This document shows positions 37,635 to 51,054 of a DNA stretch of 64,000 nucleotides, in pieces. The stretch is from Mobula hypostoma. Taxonomy: Eukaryota. The stretch's first letter is position 1; every line of letters begins with the position of its first letter. The notes beneath the pieces were generated by a model. It had not been told where the DNA came from and ran no database searches. It saw only the letters and a program-made list of their open reading frames with translations. Where the stretch lies: contig NC_086097.1 of NCBI RefSeq assembly GCF_963921235.1, forward strand, positions 19,222,001-19,286,000. Direction: 5' to 3'. The position numbers were made by a program, and so were the translations under genes.

Positions 37635-38297
37635 GAGGGAGGAGAAGATGGCGACGCGACACAGCGTGCACGGCCATTCTGAATGATATTGATATGTGTT
37701 AACTGGGATGCCGTGCACAATCCTGATTTGATGGAGACAGCCATGAGAAGCACGGAGGAACATCTGGAGAAACTTCTGAAATACTTGCTTCGCTGCCGCT
37801 GCTACTGTGCGATCGAGAATCTCCGGAGGGGAAGGCCCAAAATCCTCGGCTTTGCCTATTGTCTGTTGCCGGGGCTGGGGTCAAAGCGCGCGGCAGAGAT
37901 GGTGCTCAGTGCTTGGTGTCGGAGAGCTGGTCGGAGGCTCAGAGTTTTCGGACGGACTCGGAATTGGACTGTGGTCGGATGCTTCCAGTATGCTGCATCG
38001 GCAAGTTGGCGGTGCTGGAGGTTCACCGTCTGTGTGAGATGATGGGACTTTCGAGAGACTTTGAGACTTTTACCGTGCCCATGGTCTGTTCTTATCAAAT
38101 TACGGTATTGCTTTGCACTGTTCTAAATATATGTTATAATTATCTGGTTTTTGTCAGTTTTTAAGTCGGTTTGTCATGTGTTTCTGTTTCTGTGATATCA
38201 TTCTGGAAAAACATTGTATGATTTCTTAATGCATTTCTTAATCATTTCTTAATGATTTCTAAATGACAATAAAAGAGGACTGCGTGTCCTCATAATC
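37635..38297 (+). mobile_element. Full-length non-coding retroposon (about 660 bp) with a 9-bp TSD
   Basis: Starts GAGGGAGGAGAAGATGGCG and ends AATAAAAGAGGACTGCGTGTCCTCATAATC; flanks GAATAATAG (37626-37634) and GAATAACAG (38298-38306); second copy at 18380. Confidence 0.85.
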
Positions 38298-40387
38298 GAA
38301 TAACAGAATCAATGAAAAACTAAGCCATTCAACTAGATGCAGAAGACAACAAATATTGCAAATACAAAAAGAAGAAATAATAATAATAATAAATAAATAT
38401 TGAGAACATAAGAAGAAGAATCCTTGAAAGTGACTCTGTTGGTTGTGGGAAAATTTCAATGACGCAGCAAGTGAAGTTGAGTGAAATTATCCCCTTTGGT
38501 TCAAGAGCCTGATAGTTGAAGTGTAATAACTGTTCCTGAACCTGGTAGTGTGAGGCTGTTGTACTTTCTTCCTGATGGCAGCTGTGAGAAGAGAGTATGT
38601 CATGGGTGGTGGAGGTCCCGGATGATGAATTCTGCTTTCACATGACAGTGTTTAATGCAGATGTGCGCAATCGTTGGGAGGGCTTTACCCATGATGGGCA
38701 GGGCCATATCCACTACTTTCGGTAAGGTTTTCCATTTAAGGGCATTGGTGTTTCCATACCAGGCTGTGATGCTGCCAGTCAATATACTCTCCACTACACA
38801 CCTGTAGAAGTTTGTCAACATTTTAGGTGTCATGCTGAATCTCACATACTTCTAAGGAAACAGACACACTGCTGTGCTTTCTTCATAATTGTACCTACAT
38901 GCTGGGCCCAGGACAAGTCGTCTGAAATAATGACACCCAGGAATTTAAAGTTGCTAACACTCTCCATCTCTGATCCTCTGTTAAGAACTTGCTAATGGAC
39001 CTCTGGCTTCCTTCTCCTAGGGTCCATAATTAGTTCCTTGGTCTTGCTGGCACCGACTAACAGGTTGTTGTTATGACACCACTCAGTCAGATTCTCAATC
39101 TCCCTCCTATATGCTGATTTATCACTACATTTGATTCGGCCACGACAGTGGGGTCATCAGCAAATTTGAATATGGCATTGGAGCTATGCTTTGACGCACT
39201 GATATATGTGTAAGGTGAATAGAGCAGAGGGCTAAGCCCACAGCTGTGTCGTGCTCCTGTGCTGATGGAGATTGTGGAGGAGATGTTGTTGCCAATCCGA
39301 ACTCCACAAGTGAGGAAATCCAGGGTTTGAATGCACAAGGACGTACTGAGGCCAAGGGCTTGGAGCTTACTGCTTCGTTTTGAGGGGATGATGGCATTAG
39401 TCAATAAAGAATATCCTGATGTATCATCTTTGGTGTCCAGATGTTCCAGTTTAGAGTGAAGAGCCAATAAGATGGCATCTGCTGTGGACCTGTTGCTCCG
39501 GTAGGCAAATTGGAGCGGATCTAAGTCACTTTTCAGACGTGTTGGTATGTTTCACCAGCAGCCTCTCAAAGCACTTCATCATTGTGGATGTAAATGCTAC
39601 TGGAAGATAGTCATTGAAGCAGATAACCACGCCCTTCTTGAAGACTGGTATAGTGTTTAAAGCAGGTGGGTACCACACACTGCTGAAGCGAGAGGTTAAC
39701 GTTCTCTGTGAACACACCAGCCAGTGGATCAGCACAGGTCTTTGGCACTTGGCCAAGTACCCTCTCTGGGCCGTGTGCTTTTAGTGAGTTCACTCTCCTG
39801 AACGGTGCTCGCATGTTGGCTTCAGAGACTGAAATCACAGGTTCATCAGGGTTGTGGGAGATTGTGATAGTTCCTCCATGTTTTGACAGGTTAAAGCAAG
39901 CATTGAGGCATTGAGCTTATCTGGAAGTGAGGCCCTGCTGTCTCCTATGTCACTTGAATTAACCTTAGAAGAGGTTATAGTACTCAAGACCTGCCACAAC
40001 TGTTTAACATCCTTTGATGATTCAAGTTTGGTTCAGAATTGCCACTTCACCCATGATATGGCTTTCCAGAGATCGTACCTGGACTTCTTGTAACTTTGTT
40101 GCTCACCAGATTTGAATACTCGGATTTGGCTCTCAGCAGATTTCATGCAGATCTCGTGGCTCATCCAGGGTTTCTGATTGGCAAAGACTCTGAATAATTT
40201 GTGGGGGCGCACTCATCTACAGCTATTTTATTAAAATCTGTTACAATCATGGTGTATTCATTCAGATCCAAGAACAAGGCCCAGTCCACTAACTCGAAGC
40301 AATACCATAGCCATTCGTTTGCCTCTCATGACCACCTCTTTGCTGTCCTACTCCCTGAGCTTTGGTCTTTGGTCTCTGCCCGTATAT

Positions 40388-40683
40388 AGGCATCCGTTAG
40401 TCTCATGAGACCATGGATTTGCGCCTTCGAAGGTTTCCAGGGCGCAGGCCTGGGCAAGGTTTTATGGAAGACCAGCAGTTGCCCATGCTGCAAGTCTCCC
40501 CTCTCCACGCCACCGATGTTGTCCAAGGGAAGGGCATTAGGACCCATACAGCTTGGCACCAGTGTCGTCGCAGAGCAATGTGTGATTAAGTGCCTTGCTC
40601 AAGGACACACGCGCTGCCTCAGCCAAGACTCGAACTAGCGACCTTCAAATCCCTAGACAAACGTCTTAACCACTTGGCCATGC
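40388..40683 (-). mobile_element. tRNA-derived SINE, same family as 19927-20230
   Basis: Closely similar body and tail; A and B boxes on the minus strand. Confidence 0.9.
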
Positions 40684-41716
40684 CATATCTGCCTGAATGG
40701 TAGGAGAAGGACAGCCAAGTGATCCGATTTACCCAAATGCGGTCTGGACATGGAAGGGTAGGCATTCCTATCATAGTATATTAGTGGACTAGTATGCTGG
40801 TATTGCTGGTGCTACGGGTTGTATGCTGATGGTAATTGGACATTGGTTGCAGTCTCCACCTATGATTTGAAATGCATTGGGATGGACTGGTCCTTGTCTG
40901 GAGACAGTATCATTCAGTATGACGAGCACCTGATTATAGTTGGCTGCTGGTGGTATGTAAACTGTGGTCAGGATTACAGATGAGAACTCCCTAGGTAAAC
41001 AGAATGGACAGCATTCTAAGTTTTCCAGGTGTTGGGAGGACATGAGTTTGACAAATCCACCACATCAGAGCACCACTGAGAATTTATCATGAAGCACACA
41101 CCTCCTCCTTTTGTGTTTTCTGAATGAGCAGTTTGGTCCATTCTATAAATCGGGAAGCCTTCAGGTGTTATTGCTGTATCTGGAGTGCTGGGAGAAAGCC
41201 ACATCTCAGTCAGACATAGAATACAACAGCTTCTCATTTCTCTCCTATACAGTCATCATGCCCTCAGGTCCTTAATTTTGTTGTCAGCATTTGCCAACAA
41301 GATACTGGATAGAGGAGGCCTCATCCCGCTGTTTTAGCCTGGCTTGGAGTCCCTCCCTCCTGCCTCGCTTCCTGCCATGGCGATGAATCTTCGTCCCTTT
41401 AAGGGTGCCATGAGACCTGTAGATCATTAAGTTGATTGAAAAGTACATTGCTTAGAAGGAAATCACATGATGCAAATTGCAGTGAGAGTAATTCAAAAGA
41501 GCTGCATTTAAAAGTATATTTAGAAGTATTGTCTGCAGCCCACAAAATGTCACCGACAATCACCAGTGCCATCTGATGTCATATTAATACACAGATCATT
41601 AAAATTAACAGGACGTTCATTGGTTGCAGGAGCTTCATGAGGCCAATTGGAGAAGTTGAGGGTCACCAGGACAGCCACAGTTAGAATCGCAGTGAGAAGA
41701 ACATTAAATATTTTTC

Positions 41717-42718
41717 AAGCAACACACACAAAAAAATTGCTGGTGAACACAGCAGGCCAGGCAGTATCTCTAGGAAGAGGTACAATCGACGTTTTGGGCC
41801 GAGACCCTTAGTCAGGACTAACTGAAAGAAGAGCTAGTAAGAGATTTGAAAGTGGGAGGGGGAGGGGAGATCCGAAATGATAGGAGAAGACAGGAGGGGG
41901 AGGGATGGAGCCAAGAGCTGGACAGTTGATTGGCAAAAGGGATACGAGAGGATCATGGGACGGGAGGCCTAGGGAGAAAGAAAGGGGAGGGGGAAGCCCA
42001 GAGGATGGGCAAGGAGTATAGTGAGAGGAACAAAGGGAGAACAAAGAGAGAAAAAATGAGGAAAAGAAAAAAACCTTATAGTAAATAAATAAATAAAGGA
42101 TGGGGTACGAAGGGCAGGTGGGGCATTAACGGAAGTTAGAGAAGTCAATGTTCCTGCCATCAGGTTGGAGGCTACCCAGATGGAATATAAGGTGTTGTTC
42201 CTCCAGCCTGAGTGTGGCTTCATCTTGACAGTAGAGGAGGCCGTGGATAGACATATCAGAATGGGAATGGGACGTGGAATTAAAATGTGTGGCCACTGGG
42301 AGATCCTGCTTTCTCTGGCGGACAGAGCGTAGGTGTTCAGCGAAACAGTCTCCCAGTCTGCGTCGGGTCTCGCCAATATATAGAAGGCTGTATCAGGAGC
42401 ACCGGACGCAGTATATTACCCCAGCCGACTCACAGGTGAAGTGTCGCCTCACCTGGAAGGACTGTCTGGGGCCCTGAATGGTGGTAAGGGAGGAAGTGTA
42501 AGGGCATGTGTAGCACTTGTTCCGTTTACAAGGATAAGTGCTGGGAGGGAGATCGGTGGGAAGGGATGAGGGGGACGAATGGACAAGGGAGTCGCGTAGG
42601 GAGCGATCCCTGCGGAAAGCAGAAAGAGGGGGTGGGGGAAGATGTGCTTAATGGTGGGATCCTGTTGGAGGTGGCAGAAGTTCCAGAGAATTATATGTTG
42701 GACCCGGAGGCTGGTGGG
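41717..42718 (-). mobile_element. Penelope-like element, 5'-truncated, GIY-YIG plus terminal repeat
   Basis: Highly similar to 7429-8420; hammerhead core mutated (CTGACTA, AAAA). Confidence 0.92.
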
Positions 42719-45700
42719 TCTCAACATTATCTCCTTGTTTTTATATTTTATTCCCCTTGAAATAAACGCCAACCTTGCATCTGCCTTCTTTACCACAGAC
42801 TCGACCCGTAAATTAACCTTCTGGGAGTCTTGTACGGGGACTCCTAAGTCCCTCTGGCACCTCTGATGTTTGAACCTCTTTCCCATTTAGGTAATACTCC
42901 GCACTACTGTTCCTTTTACCAAAATGCATTATCATACGTTTCCCAACGCTGTATTACATCTGCCACTGTTTTGCCCATTCTAACAATTTGTCTGAGTCAA
43001 ATTGTCTGCTGCAATCGCATTGCTTCCTCAGCACTATCCACCCCTCCAGCTATCTTTGTATCATCCACAAACTTCACCACAAAGCCATCAATTCCATTAT
43101 CTAAATTATTGACAAACAATGTGAAAAGTAATGGTCCAATACTGATCCCTGAGGAACACCACTAGTTACTGGCAGCCAACCAGAAAAGGCCCCTTTATTC
43201 CCACTCACTGCTTCCTGCCTGTCAGCCATTCCTCAATCCATGTTAGTATCTTTCATGTTACGCCATAGGATTTTACCTTGTTATGCAGTCTCATGTGTGG
43301 CACCTTATCAAATGCATTCTGAAATCCAAGTAAATGATATCCACTGTTTCTCCTGTGTCCACCCTGCTTGTTACTTCCTCAAAGAACTCTAACAGATTTG
43401 TCAGGCAATAATTCCCTTCACAGAAACCATGCTGACTTTGACTTACTTTATCATTAGTCTCCAAGTACCCCAAAACTTCATCCTTAATAATAGACTCCAA
43501 CACTTTCCCAACCTCTGAGGTTAGGCTAACAGGCCTATAATTTCCTTTCTTTCGCCTTCCTGCCTTCTTAATGTCTGGAGCGGCTTTTGCAATTTTCCAG
43601 TCCTCTGGGACCATTCTTGAAAGATCATGACCAATGCATCCATTATCTCTTCAGCAAACTCCCTCAGGACTCTGGGATGTAGTCCACCTGGTCCAGGAGA
43701 CTTATCCACCTTAAGACATTTCAGTTTGCCTAGCATTTTTTCCTTTGTAATAGCAATGGCACTCACTCCTGTTCCCTGACACTCATGGACCTCTGGCACA
43801 TTGCTAGTGTCTTCCACAGTGAAGACAGATGCAAAGTACCCATTAACTTCATCTGCCTTTCTTGGTCCCCATTACTACCTCACCAGAATCATTTTCCAGT
43901 GGTCCAATATCAAGGCTCACCTCCCTTTTACTGTTGATATAACTGAAAATGCTTTCAGTATCCTGCTTTATATTATTGGCCAGATTGCCCTCATATTTCA
44001 TCTTCTCCCTTTTTATGGCTTTTTAATTGCCTTTTGTTGAATAATTTTAGCTTCCCAATCATCCAATTTCCCACTCACTTGCCCTTTCCTTGGCTTTTAT
44101 GCAGTTCTTAAATTCCGTTGTCAGCTGTGGTCACCTACCCTTGCCATTTGAGAACCTCTTCTTCTGTGGGATATAATTATTCAGCGCGCTGTGAACTATT
44201 CCCAGAAACTTCAGCCATCTCTGCTCTGCTGTCATCCCCACCCATATCCTCCTCCAATCCACCTGGGCAATCTCCTCTCTCATGCCTCTGTAATTCCCTT
44301 TATTCCATTGTCATACTGATACATATGACTTATGCTTCTCCCTCTCAAACTGCAGAATAAATTTTATCACACTATTATCACTGCTTCCTAAGGGTTCCTT
44401 TGCGTTCAACTCCCTAATAAGATCTGGGTTATTACACAGCATCCAATCTAAGATAGCCTTTCCCTGAGTAGGCTCAAGCACAAGCTACTCTAAAAAGCCA
44501 TTGTGTAGGCATTCAACAAATTTGCTCTTCTACGATTTGATACCAACCTGATTTTCCCAATCCCCTTGCATATTGAAGTCCCCCAATACAATTGTTGCAT
44601 TACCCTTATTACATGCCTTTTCCAGCTCCCTTTGCAATCTCAACCCCACATCTTGGCTACCATTTGGAGGCCTATATATGATTCCCACAATGGTTTTATT
44701 ACCCTTACAGTTTCTTAACTCCACCCACAAAGACTCAACATTCTCTGACCCTATGTCACTTCTTTCTAAAGATGTAGTTCCATCTCTTACCAACAGAGAC
44801 ACACCATCACCTATGCCTTCCTGCCAGTCCTCTCAATACAAAGTACGAGGGCTGATTGATAAGTTCATGGCCTAAGGTAGAAGGAGTCGATTTTAGAAAA
44901 TCTAACACATTTATTTTTCCTACATTTACACACTTAGTCCAGCGGTCATGGAGCATACGGATCCCGTCTTTGTAGAAGTCGGCATCTTGGACCTCCAGAA
45001 AGTGGTCCACAACAGGGGTGATTGATAAGGTCGTGGCCTAAGGTAGAAGATGAGTTATTAATTTCAAACTTTCTGCATAATCACGCAAAGAGTTGAACTG
45101 CACGTGCATGTAACGCGAGCTATATAACTCATTTCCTTCTACCTTAGGCCACGAACTTATCAATCACCCCTTGTATGTCCTTTGATGTTAAGCTCCCAAC
45201 TCTGGCCTTCTTTCAGACACAGCTCAGTGATGCCCACAACATCACACCAACCAATCTCTAATTGTGCCATGAGTTCATCCACCTTATTCTAACTGCTATG
45301 CACATTTAAATACAGCACCTTCAGTCCTGCATTCTTCACCCTTTTGAATTTTGCTTCTCTGGTACAATTTAACTTTTTGCTCTGTCTGCATTTGTACCCA
45401 ATCATTGACTTGTCCTTCCTTAATTCATCTTACATCCATCATCTACTTGTAAACCTGCCGGTTCATCTGAGCTCTACCATACTGGTTCACATCCCTCTGC
45501 CATATTAGTTTAAACCACTCCAAACAGCTCTAGTAAAGCTGCCAGCAAGAATATTGGTCCCCCTCCGATTCAAGTGCAACCCATCCTTTTTGTATAGGTC
45601 ACACCTGCCCCAGAAGAGATTCCAATGATCCAGAAATCTGAATCCCTGCCCCCTGCTCCAATTCTTCAGCCACATATTTATCTGCCACCTCATTCTATTC

Positions 45701-46260
45701 CTATCCTCACCGTTGTGTGGCACAGGCAGCAATCCCGAGATTACTACCCTTGAGGTCCTGCTTCTCAGCTTCCTTCCTAACTCTCTATGTTCTGTTTTCA
45801 GGACATCTTCCCTTTTCCTACCTATGTCGTTGGTACCAATATGTACCACGACTTCGAGCTGTTCACCCTCCCTTTTCAGGATATTGTGGACTCGTTCAGA
45901 AACATTGCAGACCCTGGTGCCTGGGAGGAAAACTCCCATCCGTGTTTTTTTTTCATTTCCACAGAGTCGCCTATCTGTCCCCCTGATACTGCTGCCATCC
46001 TCTTCCGTTCCCTACCCTCCTAAGCTACAGAACCAGACAGTGCCAGAGGCATGACTGCATTTGCTTCCCCATGGTAGGTACACCCTCACCCCCAATAGCA
46101 CTCAAAATAGAATACTTATTGTCGAAGGGACGGCCACAGGGGTGCTCTCCTTTATCTGATGTTCCTCCTTCCCTCTCCTGACAGTCACCCATTTACCTGT
46201 AGCCTTGGGGTGACTACCTCCTTGTTGCTCCTGTCTACCACATCTTCACTTACCTTAACA
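42719..46260 (-). mobile_element. CR1 LINE (ORF1 SGNH esterase, ORF2 endonuclease/RT), decayed
   Basis: ORF 45505..45939 has LPG..VVVHIGTNDIG..VVISGLLPVP..DGLHLNRRG; ESLWVELRN..GIIYRPP..LGDFN; KSPGPGGLHPRVLRE; GNYRPVSLTS. Confidence 0.95.
44846..45173 (-). mobile_element. Non-autonomous mariner derivative (MITE-like) inserted in CR1
   Basis: TA on both sides; about 40-bp TIRs (CGAGGGCTGATTGATAAGTTCATGGCCTAAGGTAGAAGGA); transposase C-terminus FYKDGIRMLHDRWTKCV; extra TIR copy at about 45013-45050. Confidence 0.9.
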
Positions 46261-46939
46261 ACTGGGATCAGAAAGCTGATTCTACCTCTTCCTGCCCCAA
46301 CTGCAGAAGAAATAGTGATTCCCACGTCTGCTTCGTCAGTCACTTCAGATCCCACACAGATTAAGAATGGAAGTGGTCACCCTCAGATTCTACAAAAAAA
46401 GAACTATTTCTAATACACACATTGACAAAGCATTTTGTATCCGTCAATAATGCAACACAAATCAATGTTTTGTAATTCCACTCAATTCTCCGCAGCTAAA
46501 TGTCAAACAAGCGCATTTTAAGTGAGCAAATTAAATCATAATAATGCATGTCATTAAGATTAACAGGATGTTCTCTCGGTTGCCAAAGTCCATGGAAAGG
46601 TTGTTGAGAACTGGAGTAGTCTCAAGGCCAACAATTCAGAGCAGGAGATGCAACTTCCCTCTTCACTGGAATTGGGGAAGATGGTTGCATTAATCATAAC
46701 AAAAGATTGGAAAATCTGGGACTACTCTTGCTGAAGCACAGGATCTTAATCTTTTGTGCACCACAGTTTCCGAAGAGGCATTGGACTGCATAGAGGGAAA
46801 GAGAGTTTAAAAGAAGCTAGTGGGGGCAGTCAGCACATTTAGCTCACTGGTGTTGGAGGGGTAGTTGAGGCTTTCATTCACTGGGGCATCGGTGAGGAGA
46901 GGAATAGGCTGTAGGTCGATTTTTTTTCAATTATTGATG

Positions 46940-49900
46940 CCTGCTTTCTTTTTACACATTTCGAGCATTGGAAATGCCAGGTAAGATAGTGGAATGCTCC
47001 TCCTGTGCGGTATGGGATTGCTGGGAGATCTCCTGTGTACCTGACAACCACACCTGCAAAATGTGCATCCAGCTGCAGCTTCTAGCAGATCGTGTTAAGG
47101 AGTTGAAGCAGGAACTGGATGAACTCTGGATCACAGGGGAGGCTGTGGGGTTGATAAGCAGGACATACAGGGAGGTAGTTACACCCAAAGTGCAGGACAC
47201 AGGTGACTGGGTGACTGTCAGGAAGGGGAACGCGGATAGGCAGTTGGTGCAGAGTACCCCATTCCCCTCAACAACAGGTATATTGCTTTGGATACTGACT
47301 GGGGTGGGGGATGGTGTGGCCTAGCAGAGGAAAGCCAGAGCATTCGCGAATCCGGCTCTGAGGGGAGAAGAGGTCAGCTGTAGTGATGGGGTATTGATCG
47401 GTTAGAGGAGCAGCAAGGAGGTTCTGTGGATAAGAGTGAGACTCCCGGATGATATGTTGCCTCTCAGGTGCCAGCATCAGGGATATCTCAGCAGGCTTAA
47501 GTGGGCGGGTGAGTAGCCAGATGTCTTGGTCCATGTAGGTACCAATGATGTGGGTAGGAGAGGAGACGAGATCCGTCAAAGTGAGTTCAGGGAGTTAGAT
47601 GCTAAGTTAAAGGATGGGACCACCAGGATTGTGATTTCAGGATTGCTACCCATGCCATGTGTGAGGTCAGAAATAGGAAGATCATACAAAGTAATACATG
47701 GCTAAGGAGATGATGCAGGAGGGAGGGTTGCAGGTTTTTGGATAATTGGGCTGTCTTCCAGGGAATGCAGGACATGTACAGAAGGGGCGGTTTGCACCTG
47801 AAATGGAGGGGAACTAATATCCTAGTGGGAAGATTTGCTAGTGCAGCATAGGGTAGGGGGAGGTTTAAACTAGACCGGCAGAGGGATGGGAACGAGCGTG
47901 CCAGAGCAGATAGTGGAGTGGTTGTGGGAAAAGAAGTGGTTAAGCTTACATATAAAGTTAGGAATCAAAACGCCGAGAAAGGAGGGATTGATGGTCTGAG
48001 CTGCGCATATTTCAATGCAAAGATTATTGTAGGAAAGACAGATGAGCTTATGGCATGGATCAGCATGTGGAATTATAATATTGTAGCCATTAGTGAGACT
48101 GACAGCTCAATATTCCCAGGTTCCGATGATTTAGATGTGATAGAGCAGGAGGGATTAAAGGGGAAGTAGTGACATTGCTAGTCAGGGAAAACAACAGGCA
48201 GTGCTCAGTCAGGACAGATTGGAGAGCACACGTGGTAAAATTTTATGGGTAGAACTGAGGAATAGGAAAGTTATGACCATGCTAATGCGATTATATTATA
48301 GACCACTCAACAATCCGCAGGATTTAGGTGAGCAAATTTATGGAGAGATCACAGACTGTTGCAAGAAACATAAGGTTGAGGTATTAGGTGATTTTGTAAA
48401 AGTGCTGGATGGGAAAGAGTTTGTCAAATGTGTTCATGATCATTCCTTAATCACGACATAGAAATCCCAACTAGGGAAAGTGCGATACTAGATCTCCTAT
48501 TTGAGAGATTTTGAAAGTACAAAGTTTGTATGTTCCTGTCATAATAAAGGGCAAGGAAAACAGGCTTAGGGGACCATGGCTTTCTAGAGATATTGAGGTC
48601 CAAGTTAAGAAAAAGAAAGGAGGTGTATTAGCAGATACAGGCAGGTAGGAATATAAGAAATGCAAAAGAATACTTAGGAAGAAAATCAGGAGGGCTAAAA
48701 GAAGACATGAGGTTGCTCTATCAGACAAGGTGAAGGAGAATCCTAAGGGTTTCTACAGATATATTAAGAGCAAAAAGATAGCAAGGGACAGAATTAGTTC
48801 TCTGGAAGATCAGAATAATAATCTATGCATGGAGCTGAAAGAGATCCTAAATGAATATCTTACGTTAGTATTTACTCGGGAGACTGACGTAGAGTCTATA
48901 GGCACAAGGAAAAGTAGCAGCGAGGTCATGGACACTGAACAGATTACAGAAAAGGAGTTGTGTGCTATCTTGAGGCAATTTGGGGTGGATAAATCCACAG
49001 GGCCTGACAAGGTGTTCCCTCAGACCATGTGGGAGGCAGGGTGCAGAAATTGCTGGGGCCCTAACTGAGATATTTAAAACACCTGTAGCTACAGGTGAGG
49101 TGCTGGAGGATTGAAAGATATCTAATGTTGTTCTGTTGTTTAAGTAAGTCTCTAAGAATACTCCAGGAATTTCTAGGCCAGTGAGCCCGACATCAGTAGT
49201 GGGAAAGTTATTAGAAGGTATTCTAAAGGCCCGGATATAAGTATTTGATTAGAGATAGTCAACATAGTTTTATGGATGCTAGGCCGTGTGTAACCGATCT
49301 TATAGGGTTTTTCAAGGAAAGTCAACAAAGGCAAGGCAGTGGATCTTGTCTACATGGACTTTAGCAAGGCGTTTCATGAGGTCCCATTTAGGAGGTTGGT
49401 TAGGAAGGTTCAGTTACTTGGCATTCAAGATGAGGTAGGAAATAGACATTGGCTTCACAGGAGAAGCAGGAGAGTGGTAATAGATGGCTGCCTCTCTAAC
49501 TGGAGGCCTGCGACTAGTAGCGTACTGGAGACTCCATTGTTGTTTGTCACCTATATTAATGATCTGCATGATAAAATGGTAAACTGGATCAGCAAATGTG
49601 CGGACGATACTAAGATTGGGGATGAAGTGGACAGTGGGGAAGACTATCAAACCTTGCAACAAGATCTGGACCAAATGAAAAAATGGACTGAGAAATTGCA
49701 TTTGGAATTTAATACCAAGTATGAGATGTTGCACTTCTTGAAGGCACACCAGGGTAGGTCTTACATGGTGAGCAGTCAGACACTCTAAAGTGTGGTAGAG
49801 CAGAGAGATCTGGGACTACAGACCATCATCTGTTGGCAGAAATTGAGATAATGATGAGCGGGCGTACTGGAGTGAGATATGCCAACTAGTGGAGTGGTTG

Positions 49901-50490
49901 GCACTATCCTTGAACATTACCTCACTTTTTTAATATATGTTATTTCTGTTTTTACACGATTTTAACCTATTCAATATACATATACTGTAACTGATTTACT
50001 TATTTATTTATTTATTTATTTTTTTCTTCTAGGTTATGTATTGCATTGAACTGCTGCTGCTAAGTTAACAAATTTCACAACACATGCGGTGATAATAAAC
50101 CTGATTCTGATTCTGATATTTCCTTGAAAGAGGCATCACAGATAGATAGGATCGTAAAGAAAGTTTTTGGTACATTGGCCTTCAAAATCAGTATTGAGTA
50201 CAGGGATGTTATGTTGAAATTGTATAAGATTTTGGAGAGACCTAATTTGGAGTATCCTGCGCAGTTTTGTTCACCTACTGTACCTACAGTAAATAAGATT
50301 GAAAGAGTGCAGAGAAAATTTACAAGAATGTTCCTTGGACTTAAGGACTTGAGTTATATGGAAAGATTGAACAGGCTAGGATTTTGTTCCCTAGAACATA
50401 GAAGACTGAGGGGAGATTTGATAGAGGTTTACAAAATTTTGAGGGGTATAGACAAGGTAAATGCAAGCAGGCTTTTTCCACTGAGGTTGA
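46940..50490 (+). mobile_element. CR1 LINE (ORF1 zinc finger/leucine zipper/esterase, ORF2), decayed, with nested Rex1 piece at about 49820-50117
   Basis: VECSSCAVWDC..HTCKMCIQLQLLADRVKELKQEL; KENPKGFYRYIK; DLVYMDFSKAF; KCADDTKIG; IERVQRKFTRM. Confidence 0.95.
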
Positions 50491-50734
50491 GTGAGAATTC
50501 TGCAACACTACATGGGGAGCAAAGAGGATGACAGGCACAGAAAAAAATCATGATCATCCACTGCAACCAGAGAACACCCCAGTTGTGATGTCTACTCGTC
50601 CCTCTAGACCCGGAACTCTGAGGTCAAGACAGTGGAGCTGCTCCAGTGAAGTGGCCCTTCACTTTAAAAAGCCTCCCATACAGGTTTCCTGTCATCATTG
50701 GAATTGACGGACAACCACAAGTAGTACTAGTAGT

Positions 50735-50912
50735 GCTCTCTTTTGTTCTGAATTTAATTTAAATACATAATTTGTTACTTGGTTGAATGTAGTTTGCCTT
50801 TTTTTATATACCTTTTTAACTATTTCCATGAAACCAGCTAATTGGGGCAGACGCCTAATTGGACCAAAATGTATTCGTCCCGATGTGTCTCAAGTAACCA
50901 GAATCCACTATG
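50735..50912. mobile_element. Possible pogo/Tigger-like DNA transposon end
   Basis: aattggggcag..aattggaccaaaatgt..gtcccgatgtgtc..taaccagaatccact resembles a Tigger-type terminus (recognition only). Confidence 0.4.
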
Positions 50913-51054
50913 TACAGTATTACCTGGGGTAAGCTGCCAGAAGAAATGGTAGAGACGGGTACAATTACAAGGTTCAAAGGCATTTAGACTATTACATGAA
51001 TAGAGAAGGTTAGGAGGGATATAGGCAGATGGAACTAGCTCAGATGGATATCAG

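Larger units (their letters stand above)
37530..41580 (-). mobile_element. Near full-length decayed Rex1/Babar LINE with two nested insertions
   Basis: APE endonuclease (CILCLTEMWL, GGGVCFMIN, LPREFSSVILTTVYIPP), RT (YLPVAFTSTMMKCFERL, IFKFADDPTVV), C-terminus and tail; 5' CAGATGGC. Confidence 0.92.

Noticed and set aside
41585..41700. Similarity to 46545-46650, suggesting duplicated exons
   Set aside because: A third inverted copy at about 52095-52210 runs into a PLE-type terminus, so it is an old dispersed repeat.
45505..45939. SGNH esterase ORF as a host gene
   Set aside because: It is CR1 ORF1, directly upstream of the CR1 endonuclease/RT in the same orientation.
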